Shown here piece after piece: positions 25,317-37,800 of a DNA stretch of 64,000 bases; position 1 is the stretch's first letter, and the number at the start of each line of letters is the position of its first letter. The notes below the pieces were generated by a model. The model saw only the letters and a list, made by a program, of their open reading frames with translations. It made no database searches and was not told the DNA's origin. The translations under genes were made by a program, and so were the position numbers. The DNA lies in NCBI GenBank assembly GCA_002633005.1, contig NMRA01000100.1, positions 335,975 through 399,974 of the forward strand, given 5' to 3'. The stretch is from Phoronis australis. Taxonomy: Eukaryota; Animalia; Phoronida.

Positions 25317-28300
25317 CACGAATATTGTCTCTTGTTTGTTGATCATGGCTGTCGAAATGTACCAAGCTTTCCCAGCATTGCATTTCAACTTGATACCTGG
25401 AGTTCTTTGCTGTTTTGCTCATGCAACACGATTTATGCAAATTGTTTGTTAATTGTGCATTTAAAGGATGGGGTATTTTCTTACTGCATTTGTTCTGTAC
25501 ACGATTTAGAAAGTATTGTTTATGTTAAGAAGTGACAGCGTTCATAGAAGATAGTCCCAATTAACTTTTTTAGTTCACTCCGGCTAGTGGTTGAGGCTGT
25601 AGTCAATCATTTGTGTACTGAGTCACCGACTTACAGTATTGGAGGCAATGCAATGAATGTTGATCTTTAGCACAGTAAATGACAAAATCCTATTGTCGAA
25701 GTTCTTTGATGATATATTGTTTAGAGAAGTGCAGTTATTTCATTTTTTGTTATTGTAATTGTTATTGTTGACTTTTGGGTGGTCATATCGATTTACTCCT
25801 AGGACTATGACGCCTAAATGAATGAACTCTGTATGTGTTTTGTACATTTCGTGGGCACTATATTGCCATAGAGTGTTGAGGCACTGTACCAGTAATGTGT
25901 TGGAAGGGGGTTTCACAATGTTCTATAATGCAGTGCGAGTAATGTTAAGATAACTGTTGTTACAGTGTTAACTAATGAGGTGTAAATATTTTAACTAAAA
26001 GCTATACGAGTTTGAGAATGAGCGGAAACTTTCCAGTGTAGCTAAACTACTGTTTAAGCATGACGTCACCTTTTGTGGATGAAACGAACCCGTAACATCC
26101 AACCACGTGAGTTACACTGGAAAGGTTTGTTTTATTCTGGATACTGATACAGGCACAGTTGAAGCTGCGCGTATGCTCGACGTTTGTCTCGAAAGTTGAG
26201 TTAAGTGCAGTCGTTGGAGAACACTTCGACGAGGTCGATGTACAATGCGCTTAAATACTCTTAACATTAACAGCAATAACCTGATGATGTTTTATGTTGG
26301 GTGATTGTCACGTGACTGTGAATTTGTTTAGGTCTCGGTTCTTGGTCTTGTACGCGCAATCGTCCATTCAAGTCGCAGCACTCACGGTGCATGCAGATAA
26401 GTACGCTACTTCCGGTCAAGGAACTGTCAGTGTTTCTGCAACATGAAGTAATTAAATATTTCATATGTTAGCGACATGTACGCTACGCCGCTGAGAAAGT
26501 TGGTCTTGTCAAAGTCTAGTGGTATGGAACGACAGCTGGAAGCTTGTGAGCGCTTCCAAGAATGGTGTAGTTTTGTATGCTGAAACGCACAAATATCTGA
26601 AACAGTCAGTGTCTCAGAATCGTTATGTAAAAACCCTTATGACAGAAGCTACATTTGATTCACTCTTCCCGGTTACTATTAACCCCGCCCCGTTAGCCTT
26701 CCTGAACATTTCATTGGTTTTCAATTACGATGGACATCCGATTTACTTTACAAACTTTTCGGATGCCTCATATATATTTAGCCAATTGACCGGGCATACG
26801 ACAGACTGAATCAACATCAAAAGTGAGATTGCTCTACGGCATATAGTACATGTCGTGAATATTGTTCAGTGTTTTCACTAATCATAGTGAGTGTACTTTT
26901 GTTAGCAATGTGGTTGTAGTGCTGTTGCCTACACTTGTTATAAATACGAGTGCATGTTTTTTTTTTTAATGGCAATGATGTCACTTTGACAGAGAGGTGA
27001 CCTGGGTCTGGGGTCTAATGTTGTTTTAACGAGGGTTGTTATGAATAAATCAAATGTTGATTCTTGTTAAATGATGGTTGACGTTGGAGTCGTGCCATGG
27101 CCTTGACACATTGAAAGTCAAAATTTGTTGGACCTTCGTTGATTCACTTCCCAACACGGCTGAAGCGCTAATTCATGACTCACAGACGCGATATGAATGC
27201 TCGAAATGTACTAGTGCATTTTTGGCAAAACTGGGAACGGTTTTACTATTACAAAAATTCACATATGATCGGTATGCTGGGTTTCTCATCATCTATTATG
27301 ATTTATGTAGTTGCTTTCACAAGCTCGCTTCAGCGGAATTCCAAGGGTCGTTTTGTTACACCATTGCAGTACTTGAAGGATTAAGAACTCTAGGGCACAA
27401 ATTAGATACCCCTATCCCCTTTCGCGACAATTTTGGACCTTTAAAAATGTTAATTGACCCTTCACAGTAGTCGCCACAATTTTCAACCGCTCTTTTGAGC
27501 CCGTCTGTCGGCCCATTTGGCACAAACTCAATGAAGAGTAGGTAGGGAAGTGCTGGTCCTTGCTCTCAATCTTTAGGATAGCCAGTTATTTAGCGTTGGG
27601 TATCGGTGGTAGCGTGTCAAAGAAGTGGCAACCCGCGGGGTTAGGGTTTAGACTAGTGCCCGATAGCGAGACGTACGAGGGTTCCGATCTCTTCTGTCAC
27701 ATAATTGGCCATACATGTAGAAATGACTAGTTACTTAGCAAGGCGGAGGCAGGTCCTTCCAATAACTTATAGGACTCGCAGGCAGATTCAGTGATTCCGT
27801 TCATCACAATTATTTTCTCTTTCTTTTTAAATTAACTTTCCATGTTTACGTCCGCTTGGTTATGGCAGCACCTTTGCAATGTCACTGTCCTCGACTAATG
27901 CACTCAGTTCGAAGTATATGTGCAACATTGGGCGGGCACCTGTCGGGAGTGACTTCCTAAACAAACTGGTGAATACAGTTGACTGTATTAGCGGCTGCAC
28001 GATGTCGACTGCGTGCTGGAGGCAGGAACGAGGCTGACTAGGTGAGGGACAGCGGTAGTCGCTCTCTCTGACAAGAGTTTTTCTTATCAGTTGGTATTGT
28101 CTCGGGAACCAATTGTCCGGTTGCCCAGATATAACGTTCGTCTAGTAAAGCACTGGCGACTGACTACCGCGCCCGGCTGAAAAATAGGGACACCCACCTA
28201 TTTACCGAGTGTATTCAAGGCGTCCCAATAATGGAATTAACACTTTTATCGAGTGGAAGCGCTTGACCAGGACAATGAGGGCATCTATTATTAGAGAATT

Positions 28301-31195
28301 TCTAAATAGGCCTACTGGCTAAATATTATCAAAACGCCAAACCATCGTTAGTGTGTGCTAGGGCTCCACTTTGTCAAACAATTGCTGTATGCGTAAGATT
28401 TGGAGTTGTTTGGGTGCAACGAGGTGAAGGCGACGGATGCCGCTTCGTTTATACATAAATTGATATTCAGGAGTTTTAGAAACACGTGATTATATTTTCT
28501 CTGCAATTGGAGTTTGTTAAGAAACAGTTTTGTTATTGAAAAATACATAACGTTTTTAGAAAATACTTCTCAGAGAGTAATCCTCTCTAAGAACGGGGAA
28601 TGTCGTAGTATAACTGCTGCGGCAATCCATCCGCACTCTCAGGCTTATAGCACAAGTGGGTTAAACACTGACTGGAAATATTTCCTCCCACAGTCAAATA
28701 AGTTAACATCTGCTGAACATTCTTGAAATGATCGGATAAAACCAGTCGAATATGTCATTTTCTGGGATATGTTGACCAGGAATCGTGTGATGATGATGAA
28801 ATCTGTGAAGTACTGAGGCGAGTTCTTGTGTTCAGGCAGAAGTTCTTACTCAAAGCAGAAGTATTTGGTGAGCACTTCAATAGGCGCGTATATGTCTCAA
28901 GGGGTACTCGACTCCGGAAACCTTGGATGAGATGCTGTCTGTAGGTGTCCTAGCCTGTCCGCAGCGCCTCCTTCACAGCAGAGTGCCGCCCATGTCACAG
29001 GTAATGACCGCGCGAGTGTTAGGCCTACTTCGTTGCCATCGGAGAAGCCACGTTTTATATCATTACCTTGCGTAGCATTAGGGAAGGGTTAGAGTGGTCT
29101 GAATCTATGATTTTGACAGCCGTCTTGACAATGTGCAGAACTCGTGCCTACCGACAGCCAAACATAATGAGTCTCAACCGATTAGTCGACTCTGAAGACC
29201 TCCGACAATGATTCTGAAGGCCATCTTGAAAAATGGCGGAATGCATCACCACAGCCATCAGTTCAAACTTATTTTCAGTGTACTTGTTGACCTTCAAAAC
29301 ATGTACAAACTTTTTCAATCTTTACTCCATCGCATGCCATCGTCGAGTTATATCGGAGGCCTCTCATTCGGTGTCATTTTTGTGCCATCTTAAGCAACTT
29401 GCACCACATCAATTTCAGTGGACTTTTTTCTCACATTGTAAGTGCAGGCAATACCATGTACGCCGCAATGAAAATCTCTTGCATTTTTCCACGTCATCCG
29501 TAGAATGACTGGATTATATAAATACGGATGCAGCTTTAGACATGTGCACAAAGGTTCTGTAATGATTCCGTTGATTTGACGAAAATGAAAGATCATTGAC
29601 ATATCTGACTGCGCCGCACGTAGCCTACCAGCACTTACAAACCGTTCAACTGCATAAGCTGAACAATTAATATGGTTTACGTAGGCCTACTTGGCTGCGG
29701 CCCAATGACCTAGTACTTACATTTACAATCGGTGGAGTTCTCGTAGATCTAGTGCAGTCAACGTTGAAAAATGCACGCATGCACCGCACGAGTATTAACA
29801 ATAACATCAAATCCAGTTGCAACCGGACTTCACAGAGCATTATTGACTGGCAAAAGGTCAATGCACCCAACTCGCGATACTACCAGGAAGGAATTAACAG
29901 GGGGTACTCATGCATTTAATCTACATTTTTGATATCTTCATATGCTATTTACGTACTTGACTATTTTTATTTTTCCCACGTCGGCTTTTTCGCCGCCATA
30001 TTGCAAAGCAACTTGGAAATTTGTTGAAAAACCTTGGTATCTGGAATATCTGTCATTGATACTATGCACGGAGAGGTGTAAATATCCGACAAAAGTGTGT
30101 GAGGCCCCCCATGGAAAGCAACTGATGTGAACCGATGGGGCTACTCTCATTGTAAATATTACATTAAATAAATAAAAAGAAATAGGACTGGTCGGTCGGC
30201 CACCAGTCCCACGTCTGGGCGAATTTCGGTGTTCTGAAGTTAAAAAATAAAATAATGAGAAAACGAAGAAACGTCAAGTCAAACCTGTTGCAGAGAAAAA
30301 CTACCGAAATAATAATTGGTTCAAACAACATTTCCAAGACGTTCAGGGTGCTGACATGTTTGAATGAGATTGTATTAATTTTCATAAAGATGGGTGAGAT
30401 GGTAGTGTAGCATATCCTATTCAGAGATGAACGGCCATCGACAACAAAGTTAATCTACACAAAAAATGAAATGTAACTTATATATGAGTGTCAAGAATTC
30501 AATACTTTTTGTTGTTCCCAAGACAAAATTCTGCCTTACGTGGCCCGTTTCGTCACTACATTTGGAAGCCATTTTGTTTGCAATATTTCTTATAGCTGGA
30601 AATACGGGAGCAGCACACCGTAATTTTACTACTCCGAGGATTCACTAAGAATACTCCGAAGGTTTCGTACTCACAAAATATAAAGCATTTCGGACTCGGT
30701 GTATGTATTGTGAAAGCGTCACGTGACCACCTTCGAAGCGTTTGGTTTTTATCAGAGATGACATCAACTAAGCCTCTCAAATGAGAACACTAGAAGTAAA
30801 ATGAGAGATTGATTTTCACGATATGTAAGGCACGTTTGATAAACCATGTCCCCCCGAGTTACGCACTTTACCATCTACTTTGTAAAAACAAAATGGCCGC
30901 ACAAAAATTAGGAATTTACGCGCGTTCCTCGATCGGACCATTGTAACAGGGGATAGAGTTCGCGAAATTCAGTATTTTATGCCAACATAAGTAGCCAGTT
31001 AATCATTACTATCCAACCGATGATGTCCCGTTCAACACCACCGAAATCTGTTTTCTAGCTTGAACTCTGGCTACAAGTAAATTCCCAGTCCTAGACATTC
31101 TGGTGATATTAACCGACGCGCAGGAAACATCGTCTTTAATTCTTTAGTTCCTACATCAAAACTGGTCAGAGGCGACCAGAATTTTGTCTATGAAT

Positions 31196-31523
31196 CATAG
31201 GCGGATTTAGGGGGTGTGGGGCAGGAGGCCCGCCTCCACACACCCCCTTGGCTGCCGCACTGAAAAGAATAAAACAGCAAGAGCGTGAAGAAATATTGGT
31301 AACTCCGGTAACTAATATGCGGCTGCGGGGGGAGGCAAGTGTTTGTTTCAGACGACCAGCGCAATCGTTTACCCGTTTTTTTTTTTAGTCCTCTGTTTGT
31401 TTTTTAGTAGTATTATGTCCACATCCTCAGAAAGTCGAGCACCCTATCTTTTAGGCTGGGTGCGCCCGATTGCCCGAGACATAATGCCCCCCCCCCCTTT
31501 ACCATATCCTAGATTCGCCACTG
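31196..31523. mobile_element. hAT-like MITE
   Basis: cataggcggatttagg ... cctagattcgccactg; flanks tgaat/cgaat (5-bp TSD, 1 mismatch). Confidence 0.55.
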
Positions 31524-33177
31524 CGAATGGTCAATTAGGTCAACAGATCAGTTACGCAAGCATGTCTCTGCTACCATTATGGTAACTGCAGACGAAGAGC
31601 TGCGAGCAAAGCTGTTTGCCTGAAGTGAACTATAGCTGAGTGATCTGAGCTGAGCTGAGCCCAGAGCTCATGCCAACTGTGTGAAAATACAACTGAATGA
31701 ACCACTGGCTAGTTCATTCTGGCAACGTGGTTCACTCAGCTGTTCTCTGCTTGACCTGAGCTGTCAGCTCAGCTATCATTCAATTGTGGCAGACGGCTCA
31801 GATCGTTGCTCGCTGTCTACGGTCATCCAAATTGGGGACATCATTGAGAAAATTCGACATTATGGTATACCTGATGCTCTGCAATACACTTTCATTATTT
31901 TATTTACATTCAAATATTACAGATTGCCACACATGGGAAGTAAAAGAATGACGACCTTAGCAACAAGTCTGGTCATCAACAGAAATAATCTAAAAAACTG
32001 TAAAATTTAACTCTGAAAGGAGAAAAGCCTGTACAGTTTGATTGTTTGCCATTAGTTGGGGTAGGTGACCACGGCTTTTAAGCAAAATTCATCCAAAAAG
32101 AAATGTACATTCACAGCAAAACTACAGCATCACTAACACGACCAAATTTCATTCCACAGAATAGTTCAAGATGCTGAAATCTCAAAGCAATAGTTACAGT
32201 TTTCAAACTTATCATTTCGTTTTTGTTTTATGCAATTTCTGAGTTTATCCAAAAAATACTCTTTCATAATCATGAAGTCCTACTTTTAATTTCCCTAGTG
32301 GAAAAATAGAACATTTTAAAAACAAAAATTCCTAATAGCGTTTTGGAGAACTGCGCAAAAAGCACGGTACCTGAAAGTTTCATATGAACCGGATCAGCCA
32401 TTTCTGAGATATGATGTTCCGAAGTTAGCCAAATCATTTGTGATTTTTCTAGGGTCTCACATAATCTTAAACACCGATATATATTTAGGTCAAATAACAA
32501 ACAAATGCTGTTCGTCCTCAGTCAGGCTAGTTTGGTCTCAGAAACAAGAGCATTTTTCATACCTTGATACATGAGAAATAAAAAGATCCATTTCTAAAAA
32601 TACAAAAAAATAACCCAGCCTGCTTAGAGCCACACCCAACTCAATTTGGCATGTTTTCAAATAGTACATATTTCCAACAAAGTGCCCATCCAACACTAGA
32701 AATAACAACTTTTCCAATCAGCACTTCATACAAATTACAAACTCAACTATATGCAGAAACAGAACTCAACGAAATTTTGGAATGCTCAGTTGCAGTATTA
32801 CCTGGCAAGACACGCCACTGAACAAGTTTCGTTCATGACCCCCCGCACCCACACTCAGTGCCTACAGAAAACGCACAAACAGACTGAAATTTCGGTTTTT
32901 ATGGGTGACCAATGGTGCTGAGCTGTTAAGAGACAAAACAATCATTCCAGCATCAAATACATTTGACGGTTCTGACCCTGGCAGCTGCTTATCAGCAATT
33001 AGATTGGAATCTTTTATAGCTAATACTCCAGTTTTAACCAGACTAAACAACGTTGCCATAATATAAACATGTTCTGCTGTGACAACGAGCGGCCCAAATA
33101 AAGAGTCAGTTTTTCTTCATGACATCAGCAACAGAGGCCTGGCGAGGACAAATACACATCACAAAAACCAGATCCAT

Positions 33178-34050
33178 TCATGACTTTTTAGATAATGCCA
33201 GACCTGCCAATGCTCCTATTGCCGCCACCGCACCAATGCCAACAGCAGCAGCACCACCAAGAAGAGCCATACCAATCAGACCATCTGAAACAATATGAGA
33301 CACAATTTCAATTTTGACCATGCAATGGATGTCAGTGTTGATGCTGAAGTTCAAAGATTCTCAGTGAAAGTGAGTTGTAGCCATCTTCTAGACAACAAAT
33401 AACCAGCCTAGGCAGTCAGCTGGACCTGATATACACCACTGTTTAGATTTCACTAACAAAAAGTGTTATACAGCCAGTTCTGTGATGATTGCGACAATTT
33501 GTCAAAAAATTCTGATAACTGGACAAACAAACAAAAGCATGATTATTTTTAGCTTGAAAGGCCTTTAAAGTTAGTCATTTCAACCAAATAGTATAGGCGT
33601 AAGATTGGAAGAATTTGATGGCTGGGGGGAGTGCTCAATTTTCAATTTTATTTTCAAATGAAGTTTGTAAGTTGAAACTTTGATCAATTGTTAACAAAAT
33701 TGGCACTTATTAACTCGCGGAATATTTGGGGTGGCGGAAACCTATCTATACCCACCCCCACCAACATTTTGATTGATGGGGCGTTTGTTCCCTTGTGCCC
33801 CCACTTCTTATGTCTATCAGTAGTGGGAGATTCAAAAGAGGAGTGCTTTGTTGGATATTAAAACTGACCCGGCTGCAGGTACATGTATTATTATACAGCT
33901 CTCTGAGGACAAATAACAGAAGCAAGCAGACAATGAAAGTTCACCTTTCTTCATTCGTTTTTCTATAAGAACTTTCAGTTGCATTGCCTGGTGGTTTTGT
34001 GGTTCAACGTGCAAAATTGCATTGGTATATTTCGACGCTTTGTTGTAATC
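33178..34050 (-). other. FIS1: Second copy of FIS1 exons 4 (33945-34050) and 5 (33178-33284); probably the other allele
   Basis: Intact splice sites and frame: DYNKASKYTNAILHVEPQNHQAMQLKVLIEKRMKK / DGLIGMALLGGAAAVGIGAVAAIGALAGLALSKKS*. Confidence 0.75.
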
Positions 34051-34897
34051 CTAGATAAAGAAAACAACAAACAGCAATGAGAACATTCGAGTGACTCAAA
34101 CAGAAATGTCAAGACAATCTTTCACATTTGCANTGTTCCGAAGTTAGCCAAATCATTTGTGATTTTTCTAGGGTCTCACATAATCTTAAACACCGATATA
34201 TATTTAGGTCAAATAACAAACAAATGCTGTTCGTCCTCAGTCAGGCTAGTTTGGTCTCAGAAACAAGAGCATTTTTCATACCTTGATACATGAGAAATAA
34301 AAAGGTCCATTTCTAAAAATACAAAAAAATAACCCAGCCTGCTTAGAGCCACACCCAACTCAATTTGGCATGTTTTCAAATAGTACATATTTCCAACAAA
34401 GTGCCCATCCAACACTAGAAATAACAACTTTTCCAATCAGCACTTCATACAAATTACAAACTCAACTATATGCAGAAACAGAACTCAACGAAATTTTGGA
34501 ATGCTCAGTTGCAGTATTACCTGGCAAGACACGCCACTGAACAAGTTTCGTTCATGACCCCCCGCACCCACACTCAGTGCCTACAGAAAACGCACAAACA
34601 GACTGAAATTTCGATTTTTATGGGTGACCAATGGTGCTGAGCTGTTAAGAGACAAAACAATCATTCCAGCATCAAATGCATTTGATGGTTCTGACCCTGG
34701 CAGCTGCTTATCAGCAATTAGATTCGAATCTTTTATAGCTAATACTCCAGTTTTAACCAGACTAAACAACGTTGACATAATATAAACATGTTCTGCTGTG
34801 ACAACGAGCTGACCCACATGAAGAGTCAGTTTTTCTTCATGACATCAGCAACAGAGGCCTGGCGAGGACAAATACACATCACAAAAACGAGATCCAT

Positions 34898-37800
34898 TCA
34901 TGACTTTTTAGATAATGCCAGACCTGCCAATGCTCCTATTGCCGCCACCGCACCAATGCCAACAGCAGCAGCACCACCAAGCACAGCCATACCAATCAGA
35001 CCATCTGAAACAATATGAGACACAATTTCAATTTTGACCATGCAAAGGATGTCAGTGTTGATGCTGAAGTTCACAGATTCTCAGTGAAAATGAGTTGTAG
35101 CCATCTTCTAGACAACAAATAACCAGCCTAGCCAGTCAGCTGGACCTGATATACACCACTGTTTAGATTTCACTAACAAAAAGTGTTATACAGCCAGTTC
35201 TGTGATGATTGCGACAATTTGTCATAAAATTCTGATAACTGGACAAACAAACAAAAGCATGATTATTTTTAGCTTGAAAGTCCTTTAAAGTTAGTCATTT
35301 CAACCAAATAGCATAGGTGTAGGATTGGGAGAATTTGATGGCTGGGGGGAGTGCTCAATTTTCATTTTTATTTTCAAATGAAGTTTGTAAGTTGAAACTT
35401 TGATCAATTGTTAACAAAATTGGCACTTATTAACACGCAGAATATTTGGGGTGGCGGAAACCTATCTATGCCCACCCCCCACCAACATTTTGGTTGAGGG
35501 AGCGCTTGGTCCCTTGTGCCCCACTTCCTACGTCTATGAATAGTGGGAGATTCAAAAGAGGAGTGCTTTGTTGGATATTAAAACTGACCCGGCTGCAGGT
35601 ACATGTATTATTATACAGCTCTCTGAGGACAAATAACAGAAGCAGGCAGACAATGAGAGTTCACCTTTCTTCATTCGTTTTTCTATAAGAACTTTCAGTT
35701 GCATTGCCTGGTGGTTCTGTGGTTCAACGTGCAAAATTGCATTGGCATATTTCGACGCTTTGTTGTAATCCTAGAAAAAGAAAACAACAAACAGCAATGA
35801 GCACATTCGAGTGACTCTAACAGAAATGTCAAGACATCTTTTGTATTTGCATGAATGAACCACCCATAGATATAACAAGCAATAAGAAATTGTCAAATTC
35901 AGACAAGTGCTACAAGGTGTAATAGCAGAATAACACTTTAAGAATAGGTCACAAAAAGCATAGTTGGTTCTGGTCTTTTTGAAAATCGAGTCGGCGGTGT
36001 GGTATACTCACTTTTTCAAAAATGTATATCCACCAGGAGACAAACAGAAATGATGCGGGATTTGTATTTATTCATTGCTTGGCAAATCATGGTGCTTCAA
36101 ACCTTCTTCACCCTTGATTTTGTGCCTTTGTGCAGTTTTCAAAAACAACCAACAGACTTTGGATGAAATTGATGTGGGAGGGCCACTTCATTTTTAGTCA
36201 GGTAGCAGAGATCTCAACAAAATAAGTCAGGTAGCAGAGATCTCAACAAAATAAGTCAAGGTATAGGCCAAAGCCAACTGCTTTTTGACCTTAGAGGACA
36301 TTGAATGAAGACAGAAAGAGAGAATCTGTCATTGTTAATGATAAAAAATATTTCAGGTCATACAATACTGTAAATGCCTATTGAGGAGGTAAATAATCAA
36401 TATCTGACCTTTTATTGGAACAACTAATGATGGGTAGTGCACATTTATGAAAAATATGAGCAGACTGAAAACAAAATTTACATGTAAGAATAATAACATA
36501 AACAAAACCTCACTCCATTTTTCTTTTACAGCTATCAAAGAAACTCTATAGGAGGACTACTCACTTTTAACCGGAGACAACCTATCGCTAAGTAGTACAG
36601 ATAGTCTCTTTTCGCGTGATCGTCGCGACTGTTTTTGTACAGACCTTGGGAAAGAAATTTATTCAGTTAATCAATAGGTACTGAAGGATAGAACCAGAGC
36701 CAGGGGTGACGGAGAAGACAGTGTGGCCTAGTGTGATAGGTGCCCGCTTTCTTTACTCGAGGTTCGATTCCCACTTGGTCACAATGCTAAGCCCTTGAGT
36801 CAAGTTTCCAGCTTCTAAGCTAAGTTTTAACTACAAATTAATGAAGCACAAAAATGATTCCAGGTGATCAGTGCAATGGGCCCACATGCGCCTGGTACAA
36901 CGTGTATCAGACTGTCTGTGATTGTTTTAAAAAAATCCTAATTCATACAAAAATTAAGACTCATTTTTTTGCTTCACATAATCATGTTTCCTTTGGTTTT
37001 TGAACTCATTATTTTGATCTGCACGTTTCTACCCCACCTTGTTTCTTGTTGGCACAACTTATGTTTGTTTAATTCCCCCGTTCTCACTTGGTTGTGAAGT
37101 CACATGTGCTGTTCTTTGTGAGTATTCGGAGGATATCTCGGGTGTTTGTCTTTCATCTTTGTGTTTTCTTTTGTCATGTGTTTTAACTTCCCCAAAACTT
37201 ATTGTTATATTTAGCCTGTTTTTGCACTTCCAGTCTGAGGAAGAGCGCAGTGTTCTGAATGTTTATTTTTTAATATATCTGCACCATCTACTTGTATATT
37301 CGTCTTTCATTGAATCCATTTCAATTGAAAACATTAAGCAACCACACCACAACCACACACAGTCAATGACAAGTCGAGGTGTACAGCCATTCAGGCTACG
37401 TTCTCACTCGGGACCACCAGAAAAAAGCCAGGGACTAACAGGCCCTCGCGGGTTTCCCAACTAAGCAGGATACGGGGACAAAATTGCAGTTTTGTTACAT
37501 AACTTCGACTAAGGTCTATAGCCTTGCACATGGAGAATCAACACGAGGCTTTTCAAACCTCAAGTTGTGCAGTAGCAGTTTAGCATCATGTCATCAGGGG
37601 AAGTGCAACAAAATTACATCTTGCTTCTAATCTTGCAAATGTAACATCAGGCGTCAATGATCTACGCACTATATGCTTCAAGGTACTCAAGTGTTGTCTA
37701 ATTACTACTTCTCCAAGTCTCATTTCACACTCAAAAATGGTGGCTTTGAACGTTTTAAATTATTTTAGTAATGGCTGAACAGCAGAAAACCAAAGGCAAT

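Larger units (their letters stand above)
32415..35851. repeat. ~1.72-kb tandem duplication joined by a single N (34133), containing FIS1 exons 4-5
   Basis: 32415-34132 matches 34134-35851 with scattered substitutions; the junction is exactly the N. Confidence 0.9.
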
